Positions 32,303 to 42,180 of a stretch of DNA of 64,000 bases are shown piece after piece; within the stretch, counting starts at the first letter, position 1; every line of letters starts with the position of its first letter. The DNA is from an uncultured Elusimicrobia bacterium. GTDB lineage: Bacteria > Elusimicrobiota > Elusimicrobia > 2-01-FULL-59-12. The notes beneath the pieces were generated by a model that was not told where the DNA came from, ran no database searches, and worked only from the letters and a program-made list of their open reading frames with translations. The stretch covers positions 1,184,001 through 1,248,000 of the forward strand of contig OY969767.1 of NCBI GenBank assembly GCA_963702895.1. Reading direction: 5' to 3'. A program made the translations under genes and the position numbers.

Positions 32303-33330
32303 TTACGGATGGCTGTCACATATGCTTCGCACATGCGCTCTCCGGAAGGCGCGTTCGCCAAGACCCTTTGCCGAAGTGCCGCGTACTTGGACATCATTTC
32401 AGAGAATGCCTCTGTCAAGTTATTGCGAAAGCCGATGCCGAACTCCCGTCCAAGCTCGGGAATCGCGCCTCCGTCGGAATGGTAGAGGAGCGGCAAGCCG
32501 CATTGCAAACCTTCGATGAAATGCATCCCACCAGGCTCCCAGCGTGAGGCCGTGATGTAGACATGGCAAGAGCGAAGCAAATCGGCTAAAGCGGAGCCGT
32601 ACCGTGGAGGATGGCATTCCGCTGATTTCCATCGAACCGACGAAGGCCACCGGCCAATGACCACCAACTGAATCCCTGGGAGCTCGCCCGCGGCAATCAT
32701 GCGGTCGACCATCTGGTATTCCTCGAAACCTTTCATGGGATTATCGGACCAGTGGTGAGTGACGACGCGCATTACGGTTCCCGGTTGCCAGGGACGATTG
32801 CCTGTCGGATGAAAGATGCGCGGATCGGCTCCGTTGAGGATCACCTCATGCGGCTTGGATTGATCAAACCAGCGCGACGCATGGTAATCGCGTAACCAGC
32901 TCGAAATAAAAATCGTATAGTCTGCCGTCCTATTGGCATCCTGCAGGGACGCATCCATGAAATCTGTGCCTTTTCGCAGATCGTTTTCATTGACCCGGTG
33001 CAACACGGTAGTGTTCGAATGTGCCTTTTTGTACTGCCCTATGTCGTCGACGCCAAAGCTCGCCCTGGAAGAAGGACGGGCGGCCACCAATAAGATGCAG
33101 TCGACAGGTCTTTGCAGATCAAAACGTACGGAATAGCCCATCTTGCGTAGATGCCGTGTTATTTGGACAAGCCATTGATTGCCACCACCCCAAGGTTGTT
33201 CGATGGGTTGCATATTCAGCGCGACACGGGCGATTGGATCCTGAGGATCTGGGAAATCATTCAGAGATCCATCGGATCTGAGCGTAAGTGACCTAAATTT
33301 GGAGATTATGTTTCGGGAAAGTTTGATCAT
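32275..33330 (-). CDS. Glycosyltransferase (GT-B, GT4-like)
   Basis: PWGGGNQ, HRVNE, ILNGAD, THHWSDNPMKG, SRWEPGGMHFIEGLQCGLP. Confidence 0.8.
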   Translation of the reverse strand: MIKLSRNIISKFRSLTLRSDGSLNDFPDPQDPIARVALNMQPIEQPWGGGNQWLVQITRHLRKMGYSVRFDLQRPVDCILLVAARPSSRASFGVDDIGQYKKAHSNTTVLHRVNENDLRKGTDFMDASLQDANRTADYTIFISSWLRDYHASRWFDQSKPHEVILNGADPRIFHPTGNRPWQPGTVMRVVTHHWSDNPMKGFEEYQMVDRMIAAGELPGIQLVVIGRWPSSVRWKSAECHPPRYGSALADLLRSCHVYITASRWEPGGMHFIEGLQCGLPLLYHSDGGAIPELGREFGIGFRNNLTEAFSEMMSKYAALRQRVLANAPSGERMCEAYVTAIRKCLAAQRIP

Positions 33331-35786
33331 AGGGTGTTACAACTTTCAATGACTCGCCCCATGGCGTTTGCGAGGTGCTGCTCGCTAAAATGGTTGACGA
33401 CAGCTTCCCGCGCGCGCAGACCGATGCTGTGTAAGCGTTCCGGTTGCCGCCAAAGCGTATGAATGGCTTCTTTCAATGCTCGCACATCACCCGGAGGGAC
33501 AAAAAGGCAATGAACTCCGTCTTGTAAAAAGTCCCCCCCCCACCAACCGCGGGTCCGTGTCACGATGACGGCTTTGCGGCAGGCCATGGCTTGCAGAACC
33601 GAGCTTTGTCCGGAAGGCTGATCTTGGTCGTGCAGAGGAATAACAATGAAGCTTGCTTCCGAATACATTTTTCGCAGTTCAACAGAGGGATGACGGCTGG
33701 TCTGACGAATGTTTGGGTATAGGTCAATTCGCAAGCGTTGGCGGCTGATGATATGGAGAGGCAAGCCTTGAGACGCTTCAAAAAGTGTCGGATAATCGCG
33801 ACCCTGATCTGAGCCGACGCTGAGAATTTCCCTTGCGGTGGCGGTCGTTCCGGTATGAGCCCAAAATTGGGTGTCGACACCAAATGGAATTACCTCAATG
33901 TGCCCGGGGTCAAGCCGCAAACAATCTGAGAGGCCCTGACGGGCTCCCTGCCCCAGTACGACGAAACGATCGACTTCAGAGTTGAGCAATCGGATCACTT
34001 GACGTGATAGCCATTTCTCCAACCCATAACGCTGAAGGCGGTCGCTTAAGCCTTGGCTCATGTAAACTAATCGCGTCCGCAACAAGCCAACTTTCTTTAG
34101 AAGAGCCACAGGCAGACCACAAGCATCGTTTGTCGCGATCACCACACGGGCCTGCCGAAAGGCATCGATGTGGCGTAGTGCCATCGGAAGGGCACAGCCT
34201 AACCCTACACGACGGCTAAAGATTTTCTCGATCGGATGCCAGAAGATCTGAAACGGATTCCATCCGCCATCTTCCGCGAAGGCCGTGCCATAGTGTCTCG
34301 CCAAGGACATCATTCCGTAAAAGAATTCCGAACCTTCTTCACCCTTCTCAAAGTTAGCCAGCCGTTCCTTGCGTCCCCGGCGATAAACCCAAAGGACACG
34401 GGAGGGGTTTTGGGTGGACAAAGATCGCGACTGCAACTGCTGACCGATCAAGGCATTCAATCGCTCACCATACGGCGCGGCGCTAGTCTCCACAAAAAAT
34501 CGGCACTGTGCTTTTAGGCGTTCGGGCAGACCAGGCGTGTTGGTCATTTGGAGAAGGCGGGAACAGTCATCCACCAGTTTCTCTCGAACTTCCACTTTAA
34601 TGCAGTCAACCTGCTCCAGAAAGTCTTTGAAGTGGGCCATATTCGCCATTGTGAATAGGAAGGTGTTCGCGCGAAGGTCCTCATCAGGAATATAAACCGC
34701 GATCGGCTTCCCATGCATCGCCGCTTCAAGGAGCATTGTGGATAGTGGCGAGATGACAGCATCTACTGCATTCAAAACGACATGGGTATCTTCATAATCG
34801 GCTAATTCCACATACATCCGCTCACCAGAGCGTCCTTGTCGATAGCACTCTCCCATATGAGGGTCCATAAGTACATTTTTAAAATGCACCTTAAAGAAAT
34901 CCTTTTCTTCGGAGGGGTACTGACGCCATGGGTGGGGTCGATAAAGGATCCGGCAGGTTGGCATGCGGCCTTCTGTGACGGCTTGGTCCAGGATCTCTAG
35001 ATGCCGTGCTTCATTCAGTCCCTTGCTCGAGCCCGCATAGAGAAGGACTTTCTCTTCAGGGCCGATACCTAACCGTCCGCGGAAAGACGCGCAATCCTCT
35101 TTGGGAGGTCGTTGATAGACATCAAACTGCGCACCCCCCAGACAAATAATCTTTTCGGCTGGGATTCCGAGGCGTGTGATAGCGAGATGCTTCGAATGTT
35201 CACCCCAAACAACGAGTCGATCAGGTGAGCCCACCATCATCGCTTTCGTCGCGGGGTTGTCCCATGAGTTCATGAGGAAAATAGTGGGTGTCCCATGTGC
35301 TTGTCCCCATCGCAGTAGATCTGACACGAAAAGGCCTTCCAAAACGGTCGGATGGAGTAGTAAAGACGGCTTCTCTTCCGTCAAGAGTTGTTCAAGGGGC
35401 AGGTTTCGACCGATGCGAGCGAGCAGCTGTCTGCGTCGTAAAGGGAAAGTGACGGGCCACGAAAAGAGCCAGGCTTTGAAAAAGTCCCGCCGTCCAAGAC
35501 TATCTTTCCAGAATTGGAAGGCGGATCGTTTGTCGGGTGTACGACGCATGCGCTTCAGTACAGCGGAGTGATAAAGGCGTCGATACAAGATGACGCGGTC
35601 GTTGGAGACGGCGAGTGTGCGGTATCGGGGAATAGGGAGATTTCCGAGATTGCTTTTCACCCGTTTATGGTTTTCGGGAAAGATATAAACCACCTCATGC
35701 TCCCGCTCAAGTGGAGCGAGGACACGGTTCAGCACAAAATGCCGGATCATAATATCGTGGTCTATGAAAATCGCGATCTTAGCCAT
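33327..35786 (-). CDS. Two-domain GT-B protein: TagF/CDP-glycerophosphotransferase-like N-half + GT4 C-half
   Basis: N-half NSWDN, VVWG, GGAQFD, YRPHP, STMLLEA; C-half IPFGVD, RDYPTL, SGQSSVLQAMAC. Confidence 0.7.
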   Translation of the reverse strand: MAKIAIFIDHDIMIRHFVLNRVLAPLEREHEVVYIFPENHKRVKSNLGNLPIPRYRTLAVSNDRVILYRRLYHSAVLKRMRRTPDKRSAFQFWKDSLGRRDFFKAWLFSWPVTFPLRRRQLLARIGRNLPLEQLLTEEKPSLLLHPTVLEGLFVSDLLRWGQAHGTPTIFLMNSWDNPATKAMMVGSPDRLVVWGEHSKHLAITRLGIPAEKIICLGGAQFDVYQRPPKEDCASFRGRLGIGPEEKVLLYAGSSKGLNEARHLEILDQAVTEGRMPTCRILYRPHPWRQYPSEEKDFFKVHFKNVLMDPHMGECYRQGRSGERMYVELADYEDTHVVLNAVDAVISPLSTMLLEAAMHGKPIAVYIPDEDLRANTFLFTMANMAHFKDFLEQVDCIKVEVREKLVDDCSRLLQMTNTPGLPERLKAQCRFFVETSAAPYGERLNALIGQQLQSRSLSTQNPSRVLWVYRRGRKERLANFEKGEEGSEFFYGMMSLARHYGTAFAEDGGWNPFQIFWHPIEKIFSRRVGLGCALPMALRHIDAFRQARVVIATNDACGLPVALLKKVGLLRTRLVYMSQGLSDRLQRYGLEKWLSRQVIRLLNSEVDRFVVLGQGARQGLSDCLRLDPGHIEVIPFGVDTQFWAHTGTTATAREILSVGSDQGRDYPTLFEASQGLPLHIISRQRLRIDLYPNIRQTSRHPSVELRKMYSEASFIVIPLHDQDQPSGQSSVLQAMACRKAVIVTRTRGWWGGDFLQDGVHCLFVPPGDVRALKEAIHTLWRQPERLHSIGLRAREAVVNHFSEQHLANAMGRVIESCNTL

Positions 35787-36489
35787 GGCTTGAATGCATT
35801 TCTGTTTCCACGCGAGCAAAATCCTCAAGAGTGTCAATGCTAATCAGCGGTTCACGGATAATGACGGCGCCCGTTTTACGGCCCTTGATCGTCTTTTGTT
35901 CTAAAAGGCATGCGCGGGTTAGCGCATAGGCCGCACCATTGCGATGGTAAACGGCTGAGAGTTGCTGTCGAGCAATAATGTCAGCCGCGCGTTGGTCGTA
36001 ATACTCCAAAGAACCATGAGAGTCCACCAGCAGCTGCTTGAGGGGGTGGTATTTTAGATCCGTCTCTGAAACTGTCCAAACAGAGTCGTAACTTTCTGCC
36101 ATCAGTTTCTCGACCACGCTTTCGATATGGCGAGCCCTGCGTAATGGAGAAGTGGGTTGCAGGAGCACGATAATGTCATAAGTTCGTTTATCGAATCGTT
36201 CGACTTCCCCCAAGGCATGGCGGAGAACCGCATAATCACTGATGAGATCTCCAGATAAGTCCTGGGGACGCATAAAGGGGGCCTCGAGTCCATATTGCAT
36301 GGCCACAGCGGCGATCTCAGAGTCATCTGTTGAAACAATAGCCCGATCGAAGATCCCCACCTCGCGGATGATGTCGGCAGTGTAAGCGAGTAGGGGCTTG
36401 CCGCATAAGGGGTGAATGTTTTTACGTGGAACACCCTTGCTGCCACCACGAGCGGGTACGATCGCGATCACGTGGCTATTTCGATACAT
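35779..36489 (-). CDS. neuA: Acylneuraminate cytidylyltransferase (CMP-nonulosonate synthetase)
   Basis: IVPARGGSKGVPRKNI, VSTD, LQPTSPLR, RQQL, NGAAY, IDTLEDF. Confidence 0.93.
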   Translation of the reverse strand: MYRNSHVIAIVPARGGSKGVPRKNIHPLCGKPLLAYTADIIREVGIFDRAIVSTDDSEIAAVAMQYGLEAPFMRPQDLSGDLISDYAVLRHALGEVERFDKRTYDIIVLLQPTSPLRRARHIESVVEKLMAESYDSVWTVSETDLKYHPLKQLLVDSHGSLEYYDQRAADIIARQQLSAVYHRNGAAYALTRACLLEQKTIKGRKTGAVIIREPLISIDTLEDFARVETEMHSSHG

Positions 36490-36724
36490 GGTGAAAAGGT
36501 GTTTCCGAGTGTTGAGGCTTCATCTCAGGGAGATCTACTAAAACTAACTGTTCGGGGTTTAAACTCAACAAACGTCGAGATTCAGGCCCATCTTTGGAGC
36601 TGATCTCAAGAATGCGACGTATCGGCAACTGGCCACGCACAACCTGTATTTCTTCAAAAAGAAGTTTGCGGTACTCCCACGGATCTTGTGGTGCGCGCAA
36701 GGCTCGCCAAATCATTTTACGCAT
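36476..36724 (-). pseudogene. Truncated methyltransferase-like remnant (82 aa)
   Basis: RILEISSKDG resembles a degenerate SAM motif I, followed by LVLVDLPE; overlaps both neighbours; far too short for a full fold. Confidence 0.4.
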
Positions 36725-37370
36725 AGACAGTATTTTCCTGGGCCAGAAGGCCTGGTAGCTGGCGGAGCGATTGGATCAAAGTTGGTGGTCGGCTCTTGAA
36801 ATCGTTGAAAGAATTCTCGAGACCAGCAAAATGACAACCGACGAGCACGGCGGCGTTCCAATCGGTCTGATGGTCTCCGATGAAAAGAGAGTCTCGTGGC
36901 GCTGTGCCTGCGTCCGCTAAAATCGAGTGTAGATTTTGGGCTTTGGACTCGGGCCGGCCTCGGATAGCGCGGAACCAACTCTCCCAGCCCCTTTGACGGA
37001 TAATACGTACAAGGATCTTGCGTGGTGTGTCCGAATTCACCGCGGTCACGTATCTTCTTGCCAAATCCGGCAGGATCTCAGATGCGCCGTCGATCTCAGG
37101 GCACTTCACTGTCGATTCTTCGCAGAGTTCATTGTATTGCGCTGCGAGAGATTTCAAAAGGTTGGCAGACTCTTTTGCCAGCCAGTGTCTATTGCTCAGC
37201 ACCGCACGGATGACTCCGAAGCGATCCGCGTGAGGATGGGATCGAATCGTTGCTTCGACAACTTCCGCTGGCACATTCAAAGGCTTAAAAATATGGAGAT
37301 AAGCATTCTGTTTGATCGCATTGGAATCCACCAGGACGCCGTCAAAATCAAATATAAGCGTACGGATCAT
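36717..37370 (-). CDS. HAD-superfamily phosphatase
   Basis: LIFDFDGVLVDS, PESK, LFIGDHQTD. Confidence 0.9.
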   Translation of the reverse strand: MIRTLIFDFDGVLVDSNAIKQNAYLHIFKPLNVPAEVVEATIRSHPHADRFGVIRAVLSNRHWLAKESANLLKSLAAQYNELCEESTVKCPEIDGASEILPDLARRYVTAVNSDTPRKILVRIIRQRGWESWFRAIRGRPESKAQNLHSILADAGTAPRDSLFIGDHQTDWNAAVLVGCHFAGLENSFNDFKSRPPTLIQSLRQLPGLLAQENTVYA

Positions 37371-38932
37371 TGGTTCTGAGTGGTCGATGCTGGTAGTGGT
37401 GAGAGGTGCTCCGGAGCAATTTGATAGCGGCCCCAGTTGTTTACGACCGTCTTGCGCGCTGAACGTTCTAACTTGTTAATGTCCTTGTCTTCATAAAATG
37501 AATCGTCGTTGAAGTGCGTGGATGAGATCTCTTCGAATATCGCACCTTGGTCAGACCAGAACCGATGCCATACGCCCTGTGGGACAAGTTGAATATCGCC
37601 GGGATAGAGTGTGCGTGCATGCCCTTCCACCTCAGTCTCAAGGATGCCATGGAGGACTTGGAAGGTTTCTTCCTTGCGCTTGTGGAAGTGAAGTGGATGC
37701 TTCTGACCAGGCAGCATGATCAAGAGCTTTTTGCAGTAATCGCGATTTATGCATTCGATGATCGTCGTACCGAATTTCGGGAACTCTGTTATACCGTAGT
37801 GGTGTGAAAACTCCGCCTTGAAATCTGTGTTTAGCGCAATGCGTGCTTCGTTGAGCATCCCCTTGATGCTATGGATAGCCGTATAGAGAACCTGAGCATC
37901 TGGGTTATGAGGAATCTTGACCTTTGCTCGCACGATCGCAGAGTCTGCCGTGACGGGTTCAAGCGGTATCATCCCCTCCTTCCACTCGCCAGCAGGAAGC
38001 TGTCCGTCGACGAGGGGCATTGCAAAATAAACTCTATCGCGGCGGATAATCTCTCCAGGTTTCAAAGACTGTTGTGCATAAATGCCTCTCTTTAACGAGG
38101 CGAGACTCTCTATTTCTTCAGGAATGACGAGTCTCTCCCGTTCACCGCAGATCTTCTTGGCCTCGAGCGCAGCTTGAACCCATCGGTCCACCTGTTCTGG
38201 TGTGCTCGAATAGTGATTAAGCTGAATGGAATCCGTTGGAAGACCGACGTGTCGTTCGAAGATCTCAGCACCCTTTGAGACTGCAACCTGCACCGGCAGC
38301 ATCCATTCGGGGTTTTCATGAGACGAAAGGCCGATCGTCTGATTGGGGTATCGTTGTCTGAGAAAATCAATCTGATTGAGCTGAAGCTTATCTGCTGGTG
38401 TCGGATAAAGGGCGACACAATGCATAATCGCAAAGTGAACTTTGCGGTGGTCAAAGAAACTGACCAGATCATCAATCTGCTTCACGCTTAAACCGCCAGT
38501 AGAGAAAATGACGGGCTTGTTAGTTCCGGCGATCTTCTCAATGAGAGGCCAATCCGTGGCCGAGCAGCTGCCAACCTTGATGACTTCTATGCCCTGCGAC
38601 ATAATCTCATTCACGGAGGCTTCATCAAAAGGCGTGCAAACAGAAATGAGTCCAGAGCGCTTAACCGCTTCCAGCATGGTGGCAAACTCAGGCGAGGAGA
38701 GTCGTGTGGAGACAAAGCGTGAAATGTGTTTGTTGTTGGAGGCCTGTCGGTGGCTGGGGTGGATCATGGTGTCAAGACTTCGGAATTGGAACTTGACTGC
38801 TCCTCTGATGCGGTGATGCTTGGCGATTTGCGACATCGCCTGGATGATGCGCAATCCGTGCTCAACGCTTCCCTGATGGTTGTTGGCCATTTCAAAGATA
38901 AATAAATTACGAAAATCAAAATATGTATTCAT
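37367..38932 (-). CDS. NeuB-family nonulosonate synthase with SAF and C-terminal cupin (D-lyxose isomerase-like) domains
   Basis: FEMANNHQG, VKFQ, TPFD, KVGS, STGG, MHCVALYP, SHE, FERH; C-term YCKKLLIMLPGQKHPLHFHKRKEETF...WHRF...FEEIS. Confidence 0.9.
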   Translation of the reverse strand: MNTYFDFRNLFIFEMANNHQGSVEHGLRIIQAMSQIAKHHRIRGAVKFQFRSLDTMIHPSHRQASNNKHISRFVSTRLSSPEFATMLEAVKRSGLISVCTPFDEASVNEIMSQGIEVIKVGSCSATDWPLIEKIAGTNKPVIFSTGGLSVKQIDDLVSFFDHRKVHFAIMHCVALYPTPADKLQLNQIDFLRQRYPNQTIGLSSHENPEWMLPVQVAVSKGAEIFERHVGLPTDSIQLNHYSSTPEQVDRWVQAALEAKKICGERERLVIPEEIESLASLKRGIYAQQSLKPGEIIRRDRVYFAMPLVDGQLPAGEWKEGMIPLEPVTADSAIVRAKVKIPHNPDAQVLYTAIHSIKGMLNEARIALNTDFKAEFSHHYGITEFPKFGTTIIECINRDYCKKLLIMLPGQKHPLHFHKRKEETFQVLHGILETEVEGHARTLYPGDIQLVPQGVWHRFWSDQGAIFEEISSTHFNDDSFYEDKDINKLERSARKTVVNNWGRYQIAPEHLSPLPASTTQNQ

Positions 38933-38941
38933 GGAGCTCTC

Positions 38942-40099
38942 CTAGGATGTTGAAATGAAAGGCATGCTTAAGTCTGTCTTTGCTTCTGCCCGTAAGGCAT
39001 CGTTCGTGAAACCTTGATCATAATCCAGATAAATTGTGGATCCATTGGCTGCTGATTGGTGACTGGCAGCCAGAACCAGCATTGTCTCAAGCCCGCGCTC
39101 AAGACCTAAAGGTGAGGTCTTGGACGGATTCTCAAGATGCTCCTGTAGATGTTTAAGCTCTTCGAGGAAATCATCGGGCCTTGTCTTTGGAAATATCTGA
39201 ATCTGATCTGCTTGACCTGGACGGCGGTGGATGACGGCATCGCCTTCTGCGCTATAGTTGATCGCCCACTCAAGGCTTGATTCCGTTCCCTGGACAAGCA
39301 CGCGTTTCCTGGAAGGAATTGTGACCACATCCTGAACAACGCGCCCCAAAAGACCGTCTTCGGTGCGCAGGGTGGCGAAATAAAGTTGGTCATACTCAGC
39401 TTTCCCTTCTTTCGCGTATTGCATACAGGCACTCACAGCTTGGACGCGGCCAAATCCAAGCGCATGCGTAAAATGTTGCCATAGATTGAGTGCGTGTGAG
39501 TGCTCACCGCTAGCACCACCTCCTTGCTCCCAGTATCCGAGATAGGTATCTTCGGGTCCACGAAGCCAGGGATGGGCCTTAAAGATTCCGGCCCAATGTT
39601 CTCTGAATTCCACGTCAAGCGTTAACACGCGACCCAACTGACCTTCGCGGAGGAGCCTTTCTACATAGCGTGAGGCTCGACTGACGACATGATCGTAACC
39701 AACGAAGATCTTTGTTTGGGACCGAGCCGAGGCTTCATACAACTCTTGTGCGCCGATCAAGGAGGGCAGACAGAGTGGTTTCTCAATCATGATGGCCCGA
39801 GGGTTCTCATGAAGGGCCTGTAACGCAAGCGGGACATGATACGGTGGAGGAGTCCCGATCAGAATAAGGTCATAGCCTCCTCGAGGGGCAGAGTCATTAA
39901 CAAACTGCTGAATAGTCTTGTCCCAAGAACCGTAGCGCAAGGGGTAAATGTCCTCCCTCATACGCAACAGCGCAGCTTCACTTACATCACAAACGGTCAC
40001 CTCCCACCCCAGGCTTCGCGAGGCATGCGCCAAATGGTTGCCAATCGATCCAGCGCCGAAGATCTTTACTCGAATCATGTGGTCTTTTGAATGAAGCAC
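38942..40099 (-). CDS. Gfo/Idh/MocA family oxidoreductase
   Basis: GAGSIGNH, IGTPP, IEKPL, GGGASGEHSH. Confidence 0.88.
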   Translation of the reverse strand: MLHSKDHMIRVKIFGAGSIGNHLAHASRSLGWEVTVCDVSEAALLRMREDIYPLRYGSWDKTIQQFVNDSAPRGGYDLILIGTPPPYHVPLALQALHENPRAIMIEKPLCLPSLIGAQELYEASARSQTKIFVGYDHVVSRASRYVERLLREGQLGRVLTLDVEFREHWAGIFKAHPWLRGPEDTYLGYWEQGGGASGEHSHALNLWQHFTHALGFGRVQAVSACMQYAKEGKAEYDQLYFATLRTEDGLLGRVVQDVVTIPSRKRVLVQGTESSLEWAINYSAEGDAVIHRRPGQADQIQIFPKTRPDDFLEELKHLQEHLENPSKTSPLGLERGLETMLVLAASHQSAANGSTIYLDYDQGFTNDALRAEAKTDLSMPFISTS

Positions 40100-40147
40100 A
40101 TATGATCTAGGCTAAAGGCTCTGTATCCCATATATCTTTCCTTAAAC

Positions 40148-42019
40148 TCATGATAGCGGTTGCACTGGTGTTCGCCCGAATTCAGATGCCATCTGTTGGA
40201 AAACTGAGACGTTGGCTTGCAGAGTGTGGTACGTTCCCTCTCCGGCGAGGCGTCCATGGTCCAAGACAAAGATTTTATCACAATCCATGATCATCGTCAG
40301 ACGATGAGCGATGATAAACAAAGTCATCTGCCCACGCAGCTCTTTGAGAGTCTCTAAGATCTCACGCTCGGTTATGGCGTCAAGTGCACTCGTTGCCTCA
40401 TCAAAGATTAAGACGTCGGGGCGGCAGTACAGAGCCCTAGCGATGGCGATCCGCTGCCTTTGCCCTCCGGAAAATCGAATGCCGCGTTCACCTAAGCGGG
40501 TGCTCGCGCCGTCCGGCAGCGTCTGGACAAGAGACGTTAAATGCGCCGTGCGTATACATTGGTCCAGCCATGCCTCATCCACCGCCGAAGGTGCCACCCC
40601 GAAGGCAATATTAGCCCTGAGGGTATCGTCCAATATATAGGGGGATTGCGAGACATACCCAATTCGCTGTTGCCAGGTGCGGCGATCAAACTCATGGAGC
40701 GACCTTCCGTCTATTAGCAAACGTCCTTCAGAAGGCTCTAGTAAACCCACTAAGATATCGACTAGCGTGCTTTTGCCTGCGCCAGAACGTCCGACAAAGG
40801 CGTAGTATCCGGCTCGTTCAAGGGTCAATGAGATCTTTTGCAGTGCCCACTCGTCGGTGTCGGGGTATCGATAACTGATCTCGGATGCCTGGAGCGTATG
40901 CCAGTTGTGAATCGGCAATTTGTTTTCGTTGTCGATAGCTTCTAGCGCTTTCGAAGATTCAATACTTTCTAGAATCGCATGAATACCTTCGATTTGCGGC
41001 AAGGCATTGGCCAGGATGGTCCAAGATCTAGAGATATTGCTAATTGAAGGGATGATCTTTGAAATGACGATAACCAACAATGCCAATTGTGCGGCAATCT
41101 GCCCGGGTGTCAGACCAATGCGCCAGAAGGTAAGCGAAATGCCGATGAGGGTCAATTGCCCTAGCGTGACGAGAATAATACCGGGTGTCTCTTGGCCTAC
41201 CGTCAAGTAAGAATTCACTTTCGATAAAATGTCAAACGATCGCTCAAAGAGTCCTATAAAGAAACTTTCGCGTGAGCTCAGCTTTACGTCTCTCATTCCT
41301 GCGAGAGCTTGTTGCACCGAAAGCATAGAGTCGTCGACGGCTTTTCGCTTAATCATGCTCCAGCGCCGCAGAATGGGCCTCACGAATGCGAACCCAAGCA
41401 GGGCTAAGGCGCTGATGACCGCAAACGCGATTAACCCGATCTTTGGTGAGAGTGTGATGACCAGCCCTAATGCTAAGAGACTTGAGACTACATCGTTTCC
41501 ACTGATTAACGTACGCTGAATGAAGGAGCGGCTCCACGTCAGAGCATCTTCATAAATGAGACGCGACAAGACAGTGCTGTTGCGTGAGAGAAACCACGCA
41601 TAGGGAGCGTGAATGCATCTCTTTAATAAGTCGCAAGCCAAGCGAGTCTGGCAAGCGGCAACATAAAGATTCAACGCATAGATGAACAGCCATTTACACG
41701 CCGTGCCGACCAGGATAATGCCGATTAACACGAGCCCAAGAGCTGGCATCAAGTGCTCAAGAGCAGGACTTCCCAGCCGGGCATACAGATTAGCTAGGCG
41801 ACTATTGGTCTGCAGGCTTTCCGGCTGGATAAGAATATTGATAAACGGGAATATGCAGGCCACGGCAAGGAGTTCCAAGAAACTGCTGATAACAGCGGCG
41901 ACTGACAGCGCGATCCCTTGTCGGAGTTCCTTGGGTGTCCATAGGTCATAACCCATGCGCAAGGCTTTAAAGAATCGTCGGTGCCAAGATGCTCTTGCGA
42001 TTGATTCGCTGTTATTCAT
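40148..42019 (-). CDS. ABC transporter, fused permease/ATPase (PglK/HetA-like glycan exporter)
   Basis: N-terminal TM domain; GRSGAGKST, FSGGQRQRIAIARA, IFDEATSALD, IAHRL. Confidence 0.92.
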   Translation of the reverse strand: MNNSESIARASWHRRFFKALRMGYDLWTPKELRQGIALSVAAVISSFLELLAVACIFPFINILIQPESLQTNSRLANLYARLGSPALEHLMPALGLVLIGIILVGTACKWLFIYALNLYVAACQTRLACDLLKRCIHAPYAWFLSRNSTVLSRLIYEDALTWSRSFIQRTLISGNDVVSSLLALGLVITLSPKIGLIAFAVISALALLGFAFVRPILRRWSMIKRKAVDDSMLSVQQALAGMRDVKLSSRESFFIGLFERSFDILSKVNSYLTVGQETPGIILVTLGQLTLIGISLTFWRIGLTPGQIAAQLALLVIVISKIIPSISNISRSWTILANALPQIEGIHAILESIESSKALEAIDNENKLPIHNWHTLQASEISYRYPDTDEWALQKISLTLERAGYYAFVGRSGAGKSTLVDILVGLLEPSEGRLLIDGRSLHEFDRRTWQQRIGYVSQSPYILDDTLRANIAFGVAPSAVDEAWLDQCIRTAHLTSLVQTLPDGASTRLGERGIRFSGGQRQRIAIARALYCRPDVLIFDEATSALDAITEREILETLKELRGQMTLFIIAHRLTMIMDCDKIFVLDHGRLAGEGTYHTLQANVSVFQQMASEFGRTPVQPLS

Positions 42020-42180
42020 GGCAGACTTCAGAACTTCTTTCCGGGCTAAACGTGCGCTGGATCTCATTATGTGCGAGACCTTGCCGGTCTGAGTAGCGGA
42101 GATGCTTATAAACGTTATAGCTTCTGACTTCGGAGGCTACCCAGGACTCCTTCATGTTCCGTTCCTTCCTCATGTTGTTT

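Noticed and set aside
42075..42170. Tiny minus-strand ORF MKESWVASESQKL with purine-rich upstream sequence
   Set aside because: 13 codons with no recognisable similarity; cannot be supported as a gene
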